This document shows, one piece after another, positions 20,210 to 30,543 of a stretch of 64,000 nt of DNA. Position 1 is the first letter of the stretch; each line of letters begins with the position of its first letter. The notes beneath the pieces were generated by a model. It was not told where the DNA came from. It worked only from the letters and a program-made list of their open reading frames with translations, and searched no databases. The DNA comes from an uncultured Gemmatimonadaceae bacterium. GTDB lineage: Bacteria; Gemmatimonadota; Gemmatimonadetes; Gemmatimonadales; Gemmatimonadaceae. The translations under genes and the position numbers were made by a program. The stretch spans positions 608,001-672,000 of the forward strand of contig CAVXGK010000002.1 of assembly GCA_963761305.1 (NCBI GenBank). Reading direction: 5' to 3'.

Positions 20210-20760
20210 GCACCATTCAACAAACGCTGAAGGATGCCCGCGCCGGGATGGACAAGGACATCGCGCACGTGAAGCACGAGTTCTCGTCCGTGCGCTCCGG
20301 CAAGGCCGCGCCCAACATGCTCGACACCGTGCGCGTCGAGATGTACGGGCAGCAGATGCAGCTGAACCAGGTCGCGACGATCAACGCGCCCGAGCCGCGC
20401 CTACTCATCGTCACGCCGTTCGACAAGGGCCAGGTCAAGGTCATCGAGAAGGCCGTCCGCGAGGCCGAGCTGGGCCTCGATCCGTCGGCGCAGGGCGCGA
20501 TCATCCGCGTGCCGCTCCCGGCGATGAACGAGCAGCGCCGCAAGGAGCTGGTGAAGGTCGTCCACAAGTACGCCGAGGACGGGCGGATCGCGATCCGCCA
20601 CGCGCGCACGCACGCGCGCGAGGTGCTCAAGAAGCTCAACGGCGTGTCCGAGGACGACGTCAAGCACGCCGAGAAGGATCTCCAGAAGCTGCACGACGAC
20701 TACATCCACAAGGTCGACGAGCTGATCAAGGCGAAGGAAGCCGAGATCATGGAAGTGTGA
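20206..20760 (+). CDS. frr: Ribosome recycling factor
   Basis: RSGKA..LD, EQRRKELVK, KEAEIMEV. Confidence 0.97.
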   Translation: MSTIQQTLKDARAGMDKDIAHVKHEFSSVRSGKAAPNMLDTVRVEMYGQQMQLNQVATINAPEPRLLIVTPFDKGQVKVIEKAVREAELGLDPSAQGAIIRVPLPAMNEQRRKELVKVVHKYAEDGRIAIRHARTHAREVLKKLNGVSEDDVKHAEKDLQKLHDDYIHKVDELIKAKEAEIMEV

Positions 20761-20778
20761 GCGAAGTGTGAGCACCGT

Positions 20779-21696
20779 TTGACATCCGAGCTCGCGCGCC
20801 GCGTCGCGTTCGGGGTCGTCGCCGCGCCGATCGCGATCGCCATCGTTGTGTACGGCGGCGCGCCCCTGGCCGCGCTGTTGGCGATCACGTCGGCGATTGC
20901 CGCGTCGGAGTTCTATCGCATGGCGCGCGGGGCGGGACTCACGCCGCTGGACAACACGGGCATCGTGATCGCCGGGCTCGCACCGCTCGTCGTCCACGCC
21001 CGGTATTTGGGTCTCTACCAGCCCGACGCGTCGATCGGCGTCGCATCGCTCGTTTCGATCGTGTTGCTCGTCGTGGTCGCGCTGGCGATCTGGCTGCGCG
21101 GCGTCGCCGGGAATCCGATCGGCGCGGTGAGCGCGACCGTCTTCGGCGCCGCGTACACCGGTGGCATGCTGAGCTTCGCGTACGGCATCCGCTACCATGA
21201 GTACGCCTTTGCACCGGCGGCAGTGACGCTTGGCGGGTGGACCTTTCCGGTCGCGTCCGGCGGATTGCTGCTGCTGGTTCCTCTGCTGGCGACGTGGGCG
21301 TCGGACACCGGCGCTTACGCCGCGGGTCGCACGATGGGGAAGCACAAGCTCATTCCGTCGGTGAGCCCGGCGAAAACGATCGAAGGGGCGATCGGCGGTG
21401 TCCTCGCCAGCGTTCTTGTGTGTTGGGTGCTCGCGCGTTGGCTCCTCCGGCCGGCCACGCACCTCGACTTTCGCTGGCGGCCGTTCGGCGTCATCCTGTT
21501 CGGGGTGCTCGTGAGCGCGGCGGCGCAGGTCGGCGACCTGGCCGAATCGCTGTTCAAGCGCGACGCCGGTGTAAAGGACAGCTCGACCCTGATCCCCGGC
21601 CACGGCGGTGCGCTCGACCGCGTCGATAGTCTTCTATTTGTGCTCCCTGTTTCCTACGTCCTGTTCGGATGGCTCCTGACTTGGGCGCCGGCGTGA
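20779..21696 (+). CDS. cdsA: Phosphatidate cytidylyltransferase
   Basis: SDTGAY, VSPAKTIEG, GDLAESLFKRDAGVKDS..IPGHGGALDRVDS. Confidence 0.96.
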   Translation: MTSELARRVAFGVVAAPIAIAIVVYGGAPLAALLAITSAIAASEFYRMARGAGLTPLDNTGIVIAGLAPLVVHARYLGLYQPDASIGVASLVSIVLLVVVALAIWLRGVAGNPIGAVSATVFGAAYTGGMLSFAYGIRYHEYAFAPAAVTLGGWTFPVASGGLLLLVPLLATWASDTGAYAAGRTMGKHKLIPSVSPAKTIEGAIGGVLASVLVCWVLARWLLRPATHLDFRWRPFGVILFGVLVSAAAQVGDLAESLFKRDAGVKDSSTLIPGHGGALDRVDSLLFVLPVSYVLFGWLLTWAPA

Positions 21697-22850
21697 CGGC
21701 GCCCTCGGGCCGCCCGCGCGGCGTCGCGATCCTTGGATCGACGGGATCGATCGGCACGACCGCGCTCCGCGTGCTGGATCGCCAGCGTGACCGCTTCCGT
21801 GTCGCCGCGCTGACGGCGTACGACAACGCGCAGCTCCTCGGCGAGCAGGCGGATCGGTATTCGCCCGCGTTCGTTGGGATCGTCGGCGCGCGGAATGGCA
21901 ACGGCGCGGCCCACCCCGGCTGGCACCTCGGCGAGACGTGCCTGGTCGAAGCCGTGCAGCGCGAAGACGTGGACATCGTCCTCAACGCGGTCGTCGGCGC
22001 CGCGGGGCTCGAGGCGACGCTGGCCGCGCTCGGCGCCGGCAAGCGGGTCGCGCTCGCGAACAAGGAAACGCTCGTCATGGGCGGATCCCTCGTGACCGAC
22101 GCCTGCAAGGCCGGCGGCGGCGAGATCGTCCCCGTCGACAGCGAGCACAGCGCGATTCTCCAGTGCATCACCGGGCGGCCGGGCGTCGACGTTCAGAGAA
22201 TCATCATCACCGCGTCGGGCGGACCGTTCCGCGGCTGGACCGATGAGCAGCTCGAGCGCGCCACGCTCGAGGACGCACTGCGACATCCGACGTGGCGCAT
22301 GGGACGCAAGATCACCGTCGACTGCGCCACGCTGGCCAACAAGGCGCTCGAGGTCATCGAGGCGCACTTCCTGTTCGGCCTGCCATACGACCGGATCGAG
22401 GTCGTCGTGCATCCGCAGAGCGTCGTCCACTCGATGGTGGAGTTCGTGGATGGCAGCGTGCTGGCTCAGCTTGGCGCGCCGAGCATGGAACTTCCGGTCT
22501 TGTATGCGCTCACGCACCCGGATCGTGTACCGGACGGTGGGGTACCACGATTCGACCCTGTCGCGTTGTCGCCGCTCACCTTCGAGCCGCTGTCCACCGA
22601 GCGGTTTCCGGCGTTCGCGCTGGGCGTCGCGGCGGGACGGCAGGGCGGGGTAGCCCCCGCGGTGTTCAACGCGGCCAACGAAGCGGCGGTGGCACTTTTC
22701 CTGTCGGGACGAATCCGATTCGCCGAGATTGGCTCGGCGATTTGCGACACTTTGGACTCGCTGAGCCACCTCGGCGGTGACGATCGCACAGCGATCTTGT
22801 CCGCCGACGCGGCCGCTCGCGCTCACGTGAAGGAACGGTTTGGATGCTAG
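21693..22850 (+). CDS. dxr: 1-deoxy-D-xylulose-5-phosphate reductoisomerase
   Basis: LGSTGSIG, LANKETLV, PVDSEHSA, TASGGPF, HPTWRMGRKIT. Confidence 0.97.
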   Translation: MTAPSGRPRGVAILGSTGSIGTTALRVLDRQRDRFRVAALTAYDNAQLLGEQADRYSPAFVGIVGARNGNGAAHPGWHLGETCLVEAVQREDVDIVLNAVVGAAGLEATLAALGAGKRVALANKETLVMGGSLVTDACKAGGGEIVPVDSEHSAILQCITGRPGVDVQRIIITASGGPFRGWTDEQLERATLEDALRHPTWRMGRKITVDCATLANKALEVIEAHFLFGLPYDRIEVVVHPQSVVHSMVEFVDGSVLAQLGAPSMELPVLYALTHPDRVPDGGVPRFDPVALSPLTFEPLSTERFPAFALGVAAGRQGGVAPAVFNAANEAAVALFLSGRIRFAEIGSAICDTLDSLSHLGGDDRTAILSADAAARAHVKERFGC

Positions 22851-24289
22851 GACACATCGTTCAGGCGATTCTTGCTCCGGTGCTGGTCTTCGGACTCGTG
22901 ATCTTCGTTCACGAGTTCGGGCATTTCATCGCCGCGAAAGCGCTCGGTGTGTACGCGCCGCGATTTTCGATCGGCTTCGGACCAGCCATCTACCGCCGGC
23001 GACAGGGCGAGACGGAGTACGTCCTCGCGTGGCTGCCGCTCGGCGGCTACGTGCGCATGGCGTCGCGTCACGACGCGGAGGCGGCGTTCCTCGAGGGCGG
23101 CAACGAAGAAGCGAACGCGCGCAGCGAAGGCGAGGCGGGCTACGACCCGAACGCGATGATCCCGTTCGGGCCCAAGCCGGTGCCGGAGAATCGGTGGTTC
23201 GAGAGCAAGCCGCTGTGGGCGCGCGTGATCATCATGAGCGCCGGCGTGGCGATGAACGTGGTGCTCGCCCTCAGCGTTGCGACGTGGATGGCGTTTCACT
23301 ACGGCGTCGTCGTCACTCCGCCGTTCGTGGTCGGCGGCGTGCGCGCTCCCGCCTTCGCGCCGGCGCTGTTGCAACTGCAGTCGGGCGACTCGGTCCTCGC
23401 CGTGAACGGGCAGAGCGTGCGGAACTGGGAAGAGGTCGAGGATCGCGTAGCCGAATCCGCGCGGTCGATCGAGCTCACGACGCAACGCGGCCGATTCACC
23501 ATCCCGCTGCGCGACTCGACGACGCCGGTGACGGTGCTTCAGTCGTTGATCCCGTACATGCCGCCCGTGATCGACACCGTGTTTCCGAACGACCGGGCGA
23601 TGCAGGGCGGGCTCCGCGAAGGCGACTCCGTGATGAGCGTCGGTGGTTCGCCGGTGCGTTCGTGGAGCGACATCGTCGACCGCGTGTCGGCGTCTCCAGA
23701 GCACGCAGTGGACTTCGTGATTCGCCGAGCCTCGGCGATCGACACGCTCCACATCACGCCGAAGGCGGTCGCGGAGCTCGACTCGACGTCGTCGCGCACG
23801 CGGACGGTCGGCAAGATTGGAGCGGGCGCGAAGAGTCCAGCGTACCAGAAGTCGGTGAACCTCGCCGACGCGTTTCGGTGGGGGGCTCGACGGGCGAGAA
23901 CGGATGCGGGCCAGGTGTTCACCATCCTGCATCAGATCGGCGCCGGCGACCGCTCGGTTTCGGAGCTCGGCGGTCCGATCACGATCACGCGACAGGCCGT
24001 TCAAGCGGCGCGGCTCGGATTTTATTCGCTGTGCGAGCTGATCGTGCTGCTCAGCATCAACGTCGCGGTGCTCAACCTGCTGCCGATTCCGATTCTCGAC
24101 GGCGGACAGATTCTCATCAACGTGCTCGAATCGGCCAAGGGCAGTCCATTCAGCATGCGCACGCGGGAGTACATCCTGCGCTTTGGGCTTTTGGCGATCG
24201 CGCTGTTGTTCGTGATCGTGATGTACAACGATACGCGCGCGGGATTCGTGAGCCTCTTCGGGTGGCTGCAGCACGTGTTCGGCGCGTAG
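22844..24289 (+). CDS. rseP: Site-2 intramembrane metalloprotease RseP with PDZ domains
   Basis: HEFGH, FSIGFG, LPLGGYVRM, NLLPIPILDGG. Confidence 0.96.
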   Translation: MLGHIVQAILAPVLVFGLVIFVHEFGHFIAAKALGVYAPRFSIGFGPAIYRRRQGETEYVLAWLPLGGYVRMASRHDAEAAFLEGGNEEANARSEGEAGYDPNAMIPFGPKPVPENRWFESKPLWARVIIMSAGVAMNVVLALSVATWMAFHYGVVVTPPFVVGGVRAPAFAPALLQLQSGDSVLAVNGQSVRNWEEVEDRVAESARSIELTTQRGRFTIPLRDSTTPVTVLQSLIPYMPPVIDTVFPNDRAMQGGLREGDSVMSVGGSPVRSWSDIVDRVSASPEHAVDFVIRRASAIDTLHITPKAVAELDSTSSRTRTVGKIGAGAKSPAYQKSVNLADAFRWGARRARTDAGQVFTILHQIGAGDRSVSELGGPITITRQAVQAARLGFYSLCELIVLLSINVAVLNLLPIPILDGGQILINVLESAKGSPFSMRTREYILRFGLLAIALLFVIVMYNDTRAGFVSLFGWLQHVFGA

Positions 24290-24321
24290 GCGGCGACACG
24301 TAAGGCGTTGCGTGCGGCCCC

Positions 24322-24350
24322 TTTACAACGGGTACGCCGCTGTTTATTCT
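24322..24350 (+). promoter_or_regulatory. Sigma70 promoter for rpsO-pnp
   Basis: TTTACA-N17-TATTCT. Confidence 0.7.
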
Positions 24351-24416
24351 TAAAAGCTGACAACGAGAAAAATCGAACGCCGCCAGGACGGCGGAGACAT
24401 CGGGACACACCAGCAC

Positions 24417-24677
24417 ATGGCTTTTGAAAAGGGTACGACGGTCCAGAAGTACCGGGCGCACGAAACCGACACTGGATCGACGCGCGTTCAGGTGGCGCTG
24501 CTCACCGAGCGCATCAATTATCTGACCGACCATTTCCGCGCGCACAAGAAGGATCACCACGGCCGTCGTGGGCTCCTCAAAATGGTAGGCAAGCGCCGCC
24601 GGCTGCTGAACTACCTGAAGCGCACGGATGTCGACGGATACCGACAGATCGTTCAAGAGCTCGGGCTCCGCTATTGA
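24417..24677 (+). CDS. rpsO: 30S ribosomal protein S15
   Basis: [38 protein letters not shown]. Confidence 0.98.
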   Translation: MAFEKGTTVQKYRAHETDTGSTRVQVALLTERINYLTDHFRAHKKDHHGRRGLLKMVGKRRRLLNYLKRTDVDGYRQIVQELGLRY

Positions 24678-24695
24678 TCAGCGGACGAGCGCGAC

Positions 24696-24731
24696 CGCGC
24701 GGGCGCACAATCGGTGCGACCCGCGCGTTTT
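24696..24731 (+). terminator. Intrinsic terminator between rpsO and pnp
   Basis: cgcgcgggcgcac-aatcg-gtgcg(a)cccgcgcg-tttt. Confidence 0.7.
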
Positions 24732-24777
24732 GTCATTTCCACAAGGCTGATCTCAGCCACCTTCAGGCACACGAGCA

Positions 24778-27006
24778 ATGATGCATCGCGTAGAAAAGAC
24801 GTTCGCCGGACGCCGTCTGGTCCTCGAGACCGGACGCATGGCCAAGCAGGCCGCCGGTTCCGCCCTCATCCAGTTCGGCGACACGATGGTGCTGGCCGCC
24901 GTTACGGTGAGCGACACCCAGAGCCCGCTCGACTTCTTCCCGCTGCTCGTCGAGTACCGCGAGAAGACCTACGCCGCCGGCAAGATCCCGGGCGGCTACA
25001 TCAAGCGCGAAGGGCGGCCCAGTGACTTCGAGATCCTCTCGGCGCGCATCATCGACCGCACGATTCGCCCGCTCTTCCCCGAGGGCTTCAAGAACGAAGT
25101 CCAGGTCTTCATCTACGTGATCTCGGCCGATCAGGAAAACGCGCCCGACGTGCTGGCGCTCGTCGCCGCATCGGCCGCGCTCAACGCGTCGAAGATTCCG
25201 TTCACGACGCCGGTGGCCGCGACGCGCATCGGCCGCGTGCAGGACAAGTGGGTCCTCAACCCCACGTTCGAGCAGCTCGCCTATAGCGACATGGAGCTCG
25301 TCGTCGCCGGCTCGGCCGACTCGATCAACATGGTCGAAGGCGGCGCGCTCGAAGTGAGCGAAGAGGACGTCGTCGAAGCGTTCACCGTGGCGCAGAAGGG
25401 AATTCGCGAGCTGATCGCCGCGCAGCAGGAGCTGCTGTCGCAGCTGGGCGCCGAGCGTCCGGCCAAGATGGAGTGGACGAAGGCCGCGATCGATCACACG
25501 CTCCACGCCAAGGTGCAGGATCTCGCCAACGGCAAGATCAAGGATGCGCTCAACCACAAGGACAAGCACGGGCGCATCGCCGCCGTCGAGCGCGTGAAGC
25601 ACGAGATCCAGACGCAGTTGCTCGTCGACTTCCCCGACAACAGCAAGGACATCAAGTCGCTGCTCGGCGACGTCGAGTACAACCAGCTTCGCTCGCAGGT
25701 GCTCGAGTCCGGATTCCGCGTCGACGGACGCAAGGCGGACGAGGTTCGCCCGATCACGATCGACACCAGCGTCATTCCGCGCGCGCACGGCTCGGCGCTC
25801 TTCACGCGCGGGCAGACGCAGGCGCTCGTGGCGGCGACGCTCGGCACGGCCAACGACGTCCAGCGCTACGAAACGGTGAACGAGTCGGGAGAATCCACCA
25901 AGTCGTTCATGCTGCACTACAACTTCCCGCCGTTCTCCACCGGTGAAGTGCGTCCGATGCGCGGCACGTCGCGCCGCGAGATCGGCCACGGCAATCTGGC
26001 CGAGCGCGCGCTCCAGGGTGTGCTGCCGGCGTTCGACGAGTTCCCGTACACGATCCGCGTCGTCTCCGACGTGCTCGAGTCCAACGGCTCGTCGTCGATG
26101 GCGTCGGTGTGCGGTGGTTCGCTCGCGCTGTTCGACGCCGGCGTGCCGATTCGCTCCGCCGTCGCCGGCGTGGCGATGGGTCTCATCAAGGAAGGGAAGA
26201 AGTACGCGATCCTCACCGACATTCTCGGCACCGAGGATCACCTCGGCGACATGGACTTCAAGGTCGCCGGAACGAGGACGGGCATCACCTCGATCCAGAT
26301 GGACATCAAGATCGAAGGCCTCGATCTGAACATCATGAAGGAGGCGCTCGCGCAGGCGAAAGAAGGCCGCCTCCACATTCTCGGCGAGATGGACAAGGCG
26401 CTCACCGCGCCGCGCGCGGACCTCTCGGCGTTCGCGCCGCGCATCGTGACGATGATGATCAGCCCGGAGAAGATCGGCGATCTGATCGGACCGAAGGGCA
26501 AGACGATCCGCGGCATTCAGGACGAGACGGGCGCCGAGCTGACGGTCGACGACACTGGTCTGGTCACCATCGCGGCCGTCGGCGGCGACTCGATGGAACG
26601 CGCGCGCCAGATGGTGCAAGCGCTCACCGCCGAGCCGGTCGTCGGCGAGACGTACGAGGGTATGGTCAAGACGACGACGCCGTTCGGCGCATTCGTCGAG
26701 ATCATGCCGGGCACCGAGGGCCTCGTCCACATCTCCGAAATGCGCCACGAGCGCACGGAGAAGACCGAGGACGTCGTCAAGAAAGGCGATCGCGTGAAGG
26801 TCAAGCTGATCGACCGCGACGAGCGCGGACGACTGCGCCTGTCGATGAAGGCGCTGCTGCCGCGGCCGGAAGGCATGCCGGAGCCGGAGCCGGGGAACGG
26901 TGGTGGCGATGGCGGCCGCCGCGAAGGTGGAAGTGGGGGCGGCGGCGATCGTGGCGGGCGTCCGCGCCGCGGAGCGCGGGGCGGAGAGCGATCCCGCCGG
27001 GAGTGA
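24778..27006 (+). CDS. pnp: Polynucleotide phosphorylase
   Basis: GKIPGGYIKREGRP, RREIGHG, ESNGSSSMAS, GDMDFKVAG, KH and S1 domains. Confidence 0.98.
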   Translation: MMHRVEKTFAGRRLVLETGRMAKQAAGSALIQFGDTMVLAAVTVSDTQSPLDFFPLLVEYREKTYAAGKIPGGYIKREGRPSDFEILSARIIDRTIRPLFPEGFKNEVQVFIYVISADQENAPDVLALVAASAALNASKIPFTTPVAATRIGRVQDKWVLNPTFEQLAYSDMELVVAGSADSINMVEGGALEVSEEDVVEAFTVAQKGIRELIAAQQELLSQLGAERPAKMEWTKAAIDHTLHAKVQDLANGKIKDALNHKDKHGRIAAVERVKHEIQTQLLVDFPDNSKDIKSLLGDVEYNQLRSQVLESGFRVDGRKADEVRPITIDTSVIPRAHGSALFTRGQTQALVAATLGTANDVQRYETVNESGESTKSFMLHYNFPPFSTGEVRPMRGTSRREIGHGNLAERALQGVLPAFDEFPYTIRVVSDVLESNGSSSMASVCGGSLALFDAGVPIRSAVAGVAMGLIKEGKKYAILTDILGTEDHLGDMDFKVAGTRTGITSIQMDIKIEGLDLNIMKEALAQAKEGRLHILGEMDKALTAPRADLSAFAPRIVTMMISPEKIGDLIGPKGKTIRGIQDETGAELTVDDTGLVTIAAVGGDSMERARQMVQALTAEPVVGETYEGMVKTTTPFGAFVEIMPGTEGLVHISEMRHERTEKTEDVVKKGDRVKVKLIDRDERGRLRLSMKALLPRPEGMPEPEPGNGGGDGGRREGGSGGGGDRGGRPRRGARGGERSRRE

Positions 27007-28280
27007 GCGCTCCGACGGTGAGCGCCCCCGCGTCGCCCGACGGGTTGCATCGCACCGTTCTTCCCAATGGACTGACCGTACTCTCGGACTACATGCCGGG
27101 AGTGCGGTCTGTCGCGTTCGGCGCCTGGGTGCGCGCCGCGTCGCTCCACGAACCGCGGGAGCGCATGGGCATTTCGCACCTGCTCGAGCACATGGTGTTC
27201 AAGGGCACGGAACGCCGCAACGCGCACGAGATCGCACTGTCGCTGGAAGCGCTCGGCGGGTCGCTCGACGCGTACACGTCGCGCGAACACACCGTGTATC
27301 AGGGCCGAGTGCTCGACGAGCACCTGGCCGACGCGGCGGACGTGATCGGCGACATTGTATTCCGGCCCGCGCTGCGCGCGGCCGATCTGGCGCTCGAGCG
27401 CAAGGTGATCCTCGAAGAGATCGGCATGGTCGAGGACACGCCCGACGATCTCGTATTCGAGATTCATAACGAGGCGCTGTGGGGGCCGCACCCGTACGGC
27501 TACTCGATTCTCGGCACGCGCGACACGGTCAACGCGCTCGGCGTGCCCGAGCTGCGCGACCTCCATGCGCGGGCATACCACCCCGCGCACGTCGTGATCG
27601 CCGCCGCGGGCAACGTCGAGCACGATCGGCTGCTCGACGTGCTCGCGCGCACCGGCTGGACGGACGCTCCCGTCGGGGATACGACGCCGCTCGTCTCGCC
27701 GCCGCCGACCGCGGCGGCGCCGAGCACGCGTCACGTTCCACGCGACGGCGCGCAGACGCACATCGTCGCCGGGTGCGCGGCTCTTTCGCACTCCGATCCC
27801 GAGCGCTTTCCGTTCTTGCTCCTCAGCACACTGCTCGGCGGCGGGATGAGTTCGCGCCTCTTCCAGCGCGTGCGCGAAGAGATGGGGCTCGCCTACGCCA
27901 TCTATTCGTTTCAGTCGTTCCACGCCGACAGCGGGATGCACGGCGTGTACGTCGCCACCGCGCCGGAGTCGGCCGGCGACGCGCTCGACGCCATTCGCCA
28001 CGAACTGCAGTTGGTCGTCGACGACGGACTGCCGGCCGACGAAGTCGCGATGGGCCGCCAGCAGCTCAAGGGGCAGGTCACGCTCTCGCTGGAGAGCGTG
28101 TCGTCGCGGATGTACCGCGCGGCGTCGGTCGAGTTGTACGACGAGCCATACCGCACGCTCGACGAGGTCCTGGCGCTGATCGACGTCATCACGGTGGACG
28201 ACGTGGCCCGCGTGGCGCGTGCCTACTTCGACCCGTCGCGCATGACGGTCGTCAGTCTCGGCCCAAAAGGGACCGATTGA
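27003..28280 (+). CDS. M16 family zinc peptidase
   Basis: HLLEHMVFKGT (HxxEH), GGGMSSRLFQRVRE; GTGA overlap with pnp. Confidence 0.93.
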   Translation: MSAPTVSAPASPDGLHRTVLPNGLTVLSDYMPGVRSVAFGAWVRAASLHEPRERMGISHLLEHMVFKGTERRNAHEIALSLEALGGSLDAYTSREHTVYQGRVLDEHLADAADVIGDIVFRPALRAADLALERKVILEEIGMVEDTPDDLVFEIHNEALWGPHPYGYSILGTRDTVNALGVPELRDLHARAYHPAHVVIAAAGNVEHDRLLDVLARTGWTDAPVGDTTPLVSPPPTAAAPSTRHVPRDGAQTHIVAGCAALSHSDPERFPFLLLSTLLGGGMSSRLFQRVREEMGLAYAIYSFQSFHADSGMHGVYVATAPESAGDALDAIRHELQLVVDDGLPADEVAMGRQQLKGQVTLSLESVSSRMYRAASVELYDEPYRTLDEVLALIDVITVDDVARVARAYFDPSRMTVVSLGPKGTD

Positions 28281-28344
28281 CGGCGAGAGGTCGATTAGGT
28301 TACTCGCAACGCCGTAGCCACCAGCTTCCACTCCCCACCTGACG

Positions 28345-29460
28345 ATGAAGATCGGCGTTCCAAAAGAGATCAAGACCAACGAGAACCGGATCGCGCTCGT
28401 CCCGGCGGGAGCCGAGGCGCTCGTGGCGGCCGGCCATTCGGTCTCGATCGAGACCAGCGGGGGCGTCGGCAGCGGATTCCCGGACGAGGCGTACACGGCC
28501 GTCGGAGCGTCGATAGCCCCTGACGCCGCGACCGTGTGGCGCGACAGCGAGATGATCATGAAGGTGAAGGAGCCCATCGAGCGCGAATGGCCGCACATGC
28601 GCCGGGGACAGCTCATCTTCACCTACTTCCATTTTGCCGCCGACGAGAAGCTGACCCGGGCGCACATCGCCAGCGGGGCAACCTGCGTCGCCTACGAGAC
28701 GGTGGAGCTCCCGTCCCACGAGCTCCCGCTCCTGACCCCCATGTCCGAGGTGGCCGGCCGGATGGCCGTCCAGGAGGGGGCGAAATATTTGGAGAAACTC
28801 TATGGCGGCCGAGGAGTCCTTCTCGGTGGAGTCCCGGGGGTCGCTCCGGCCAAGGTGGTGATCTTGGGCGGCGGGGTCGTCGGGATCAACGCGGCGAAGA
28901 TGGCCGCCGGGTTGGGCGCGAAAGTGACGATACTAGACCTGTCGCTCGAGCGTCTTCGTTACCTATCCGACGTCATGCCCGCCAACTGCGTAATGATCCA
29001 CTCGAACCGGCAGAACATCCTGGAGCAGATCGAGACGGCGGATCTCGTTGTCGGGGGCGTCCTCATTCCGGGCGCCAAGGCGCCGAAGCTCATTCGGCGC
29101 GACGACCTCAAGCGCATGCAGCCTGGGGCGGTGATCGTCGACGTCGCCATCGACCAAGGCGGCTGCGTCGAGACCATCCACGCCACCACGCACGAAAACC
29201 CCACCTACGTCGTCGACGGCATCATCCACTACGGCGTGGCCAACATGCCGGGTGGAGTTCCTCGCACGTCGACGCTCGCGCTGACGAACGCCACACTGCC
29301 GTACGCCGTCCAGCTCGCCAACAAGGGCTGGAAACAGGCGCTCAAGGACAACTCGGCGCTGCTCAAAGGGCTCAACATGACGGATGGTCACGTCACGTAT
29401 CCCGGCGTTGCCGAAGCGTTTGGCATGACCTACGAAAATCCTTCCGCTTTCATTTCCTAA
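28345..29460 (+). CDS. ald: Alanine dehydrogenase
   Basis: GVPKEIKTNENR, PMSEVAGR, GGGVVG, DVAIDQGGC, VANMPG. Confidence 0.97.
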   Translation: MKIGVPKEIKTNENRIALVPAGAEALVAAGHSVSIETSGGVGSGFPDEAYTAVGASIAPDAATVWRDSEMIMKVKEPIEREWPHMRRGQLIFTYFHFAADEKLTRAHIASGATCVAYETVELPSHELPLLTPMSEVAGRMAVQEGAKYLEKLYGGRGVLLGGVPGVAPAKVVILGGGVVGINAAKMAAGLGAKVTILDLSLERLRYLSDVMPANCVMIHSNRQNILEQIETADLVVGGVLIPGAKAPKLIRRDDLKRMQPGAVIVDVAIDQGGCVETIHATTHENPTYVVDGIIHYGVANMPGGVPRTSTLALTNATLPYAVQLANKGWKQALKDNSALLKGLNMTDGHVTYPGVAEAFGMTYENPSAFIS

Positions 29461-29488
29461 GTACTGACGCCTCCATAACCTGAAGGGA

Positions 29489-30526
29489 ATGCGCTGGCCT
29501 TTCCTCAAAGCGGGCTCACTCTTTCCCGCTAACGCGATCGGGGTCGACCTCGGGACTGCCAATACCCTCATCTATGTGAAGGGTGAAGGCATCGTTCTGA
29601 ACGAACCATCCGTCGTCGCCATCGACCGCGAAACCAAGAAGATCAAGGGCGTCGGCCTCGAGGCGAAGCGGATGCTCGGGCGAACCCCGGACGGGGTGAT
29701 CGCCGTCCGTCCCATGAAGGACGGTGTCATTGCCGACTTCGACGTGACGGAGAAGATGTTGCGGTACTTCCTGACGCTCATCATCGAGAACCACGTCTTC
29801 AAGGTGAAGCCGCGCGTGATCGTTTGCGTGCCGTCGGGTATCACCGAGGTGGAGAAGCGCGCCGTGCGCGACTCGGCCCTCGGGGCCGGCGCCAAGGAAG
29901 TGTTCATGGTCGCCGAGCCGATGGCGGCCGCGATCGGCGTGGGCCTGCCGGTGGAGACGCCGACGGGCAACATGGTGATCGACATCGGCGGCGGCACGAC
30001 GGAAATCGCCGTCATCGCGCTGTCGGGCATCGTGAGCGACACGTCGATCCGCACCGGCGGCGACGAGCTCGACATCTCGATCGTGCAGTTCATGCGCAAG
30101 AACTACAACCTGCTCATCGGTGAACCCACCGCCGAGCAGATCAAGATACAGATCGGCTCGGCGGCGCCGGTGGGCGACGACCGGGAGATGGAAGTGAAGG
30201 GACGCGACCTCGTGTCGGGCATTCCCAAGACGGTGCGCGTGCACGCCAGCGAGATCCGCGAAGCGATTCAGGAGCCGATTCAGCAGATCGTCGACGCCGT
30301 GCGCCGCGCCCTCGAGATCACGCCGCCCGAGTTGGCGAGCGACATCGTCGATCGCGGCATCGTCATGACGGGCGGCGGCGCCCTGATTCGCGGACTCGAT
30401 TTGCTGCTGAGCCAGGAAACGAGCCTGCCGATTCACGTCGACGAAGATCCGCTGACGTGTGTCGTACGAGGGACGGGTCGCATTCTCGACGACGAGGAAA
30501 AGTACTGGTCGGTCCTCAGCGCGTGA
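29489..30526 (+). CDS. mreB: Rod shape-determining actin MreB
   Basis: [28 protein letters not shown]. Confidence 0.98.
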   Translation: MRWPFLKAGSLFPANAIGVDLGTANTLIYVKGEGIVLNEPSVVAIDRETKKIKGVGLEAKRMLGRTPDGVIAVRPMKDGVIADFDVTEKMLRYFLTLIIENHVFKVKPRVIVCVPSGITEVEKRAVRDSALGAGAKEVFMVAEPMAAAIGVGLPVETPTGNMVIDIGGGTTEIAVIALSGIVSDTSIRTGGDELDISIVQFMRKNYNLLIGEPTAEQIKIQIGSAAPVGDDREMEVKGRDLVSGIPKTVRVHASEIREAIQEPIQQIVDAVRRALEITPPELASDIVDRGIVMTGGGALIRGLDLLLSQETSLPIHVDEDPLTCVVRGTGRILDDEEKYWSVLSA

Positions 30527-30543
30527 GGTAGCGGGGCACACCG

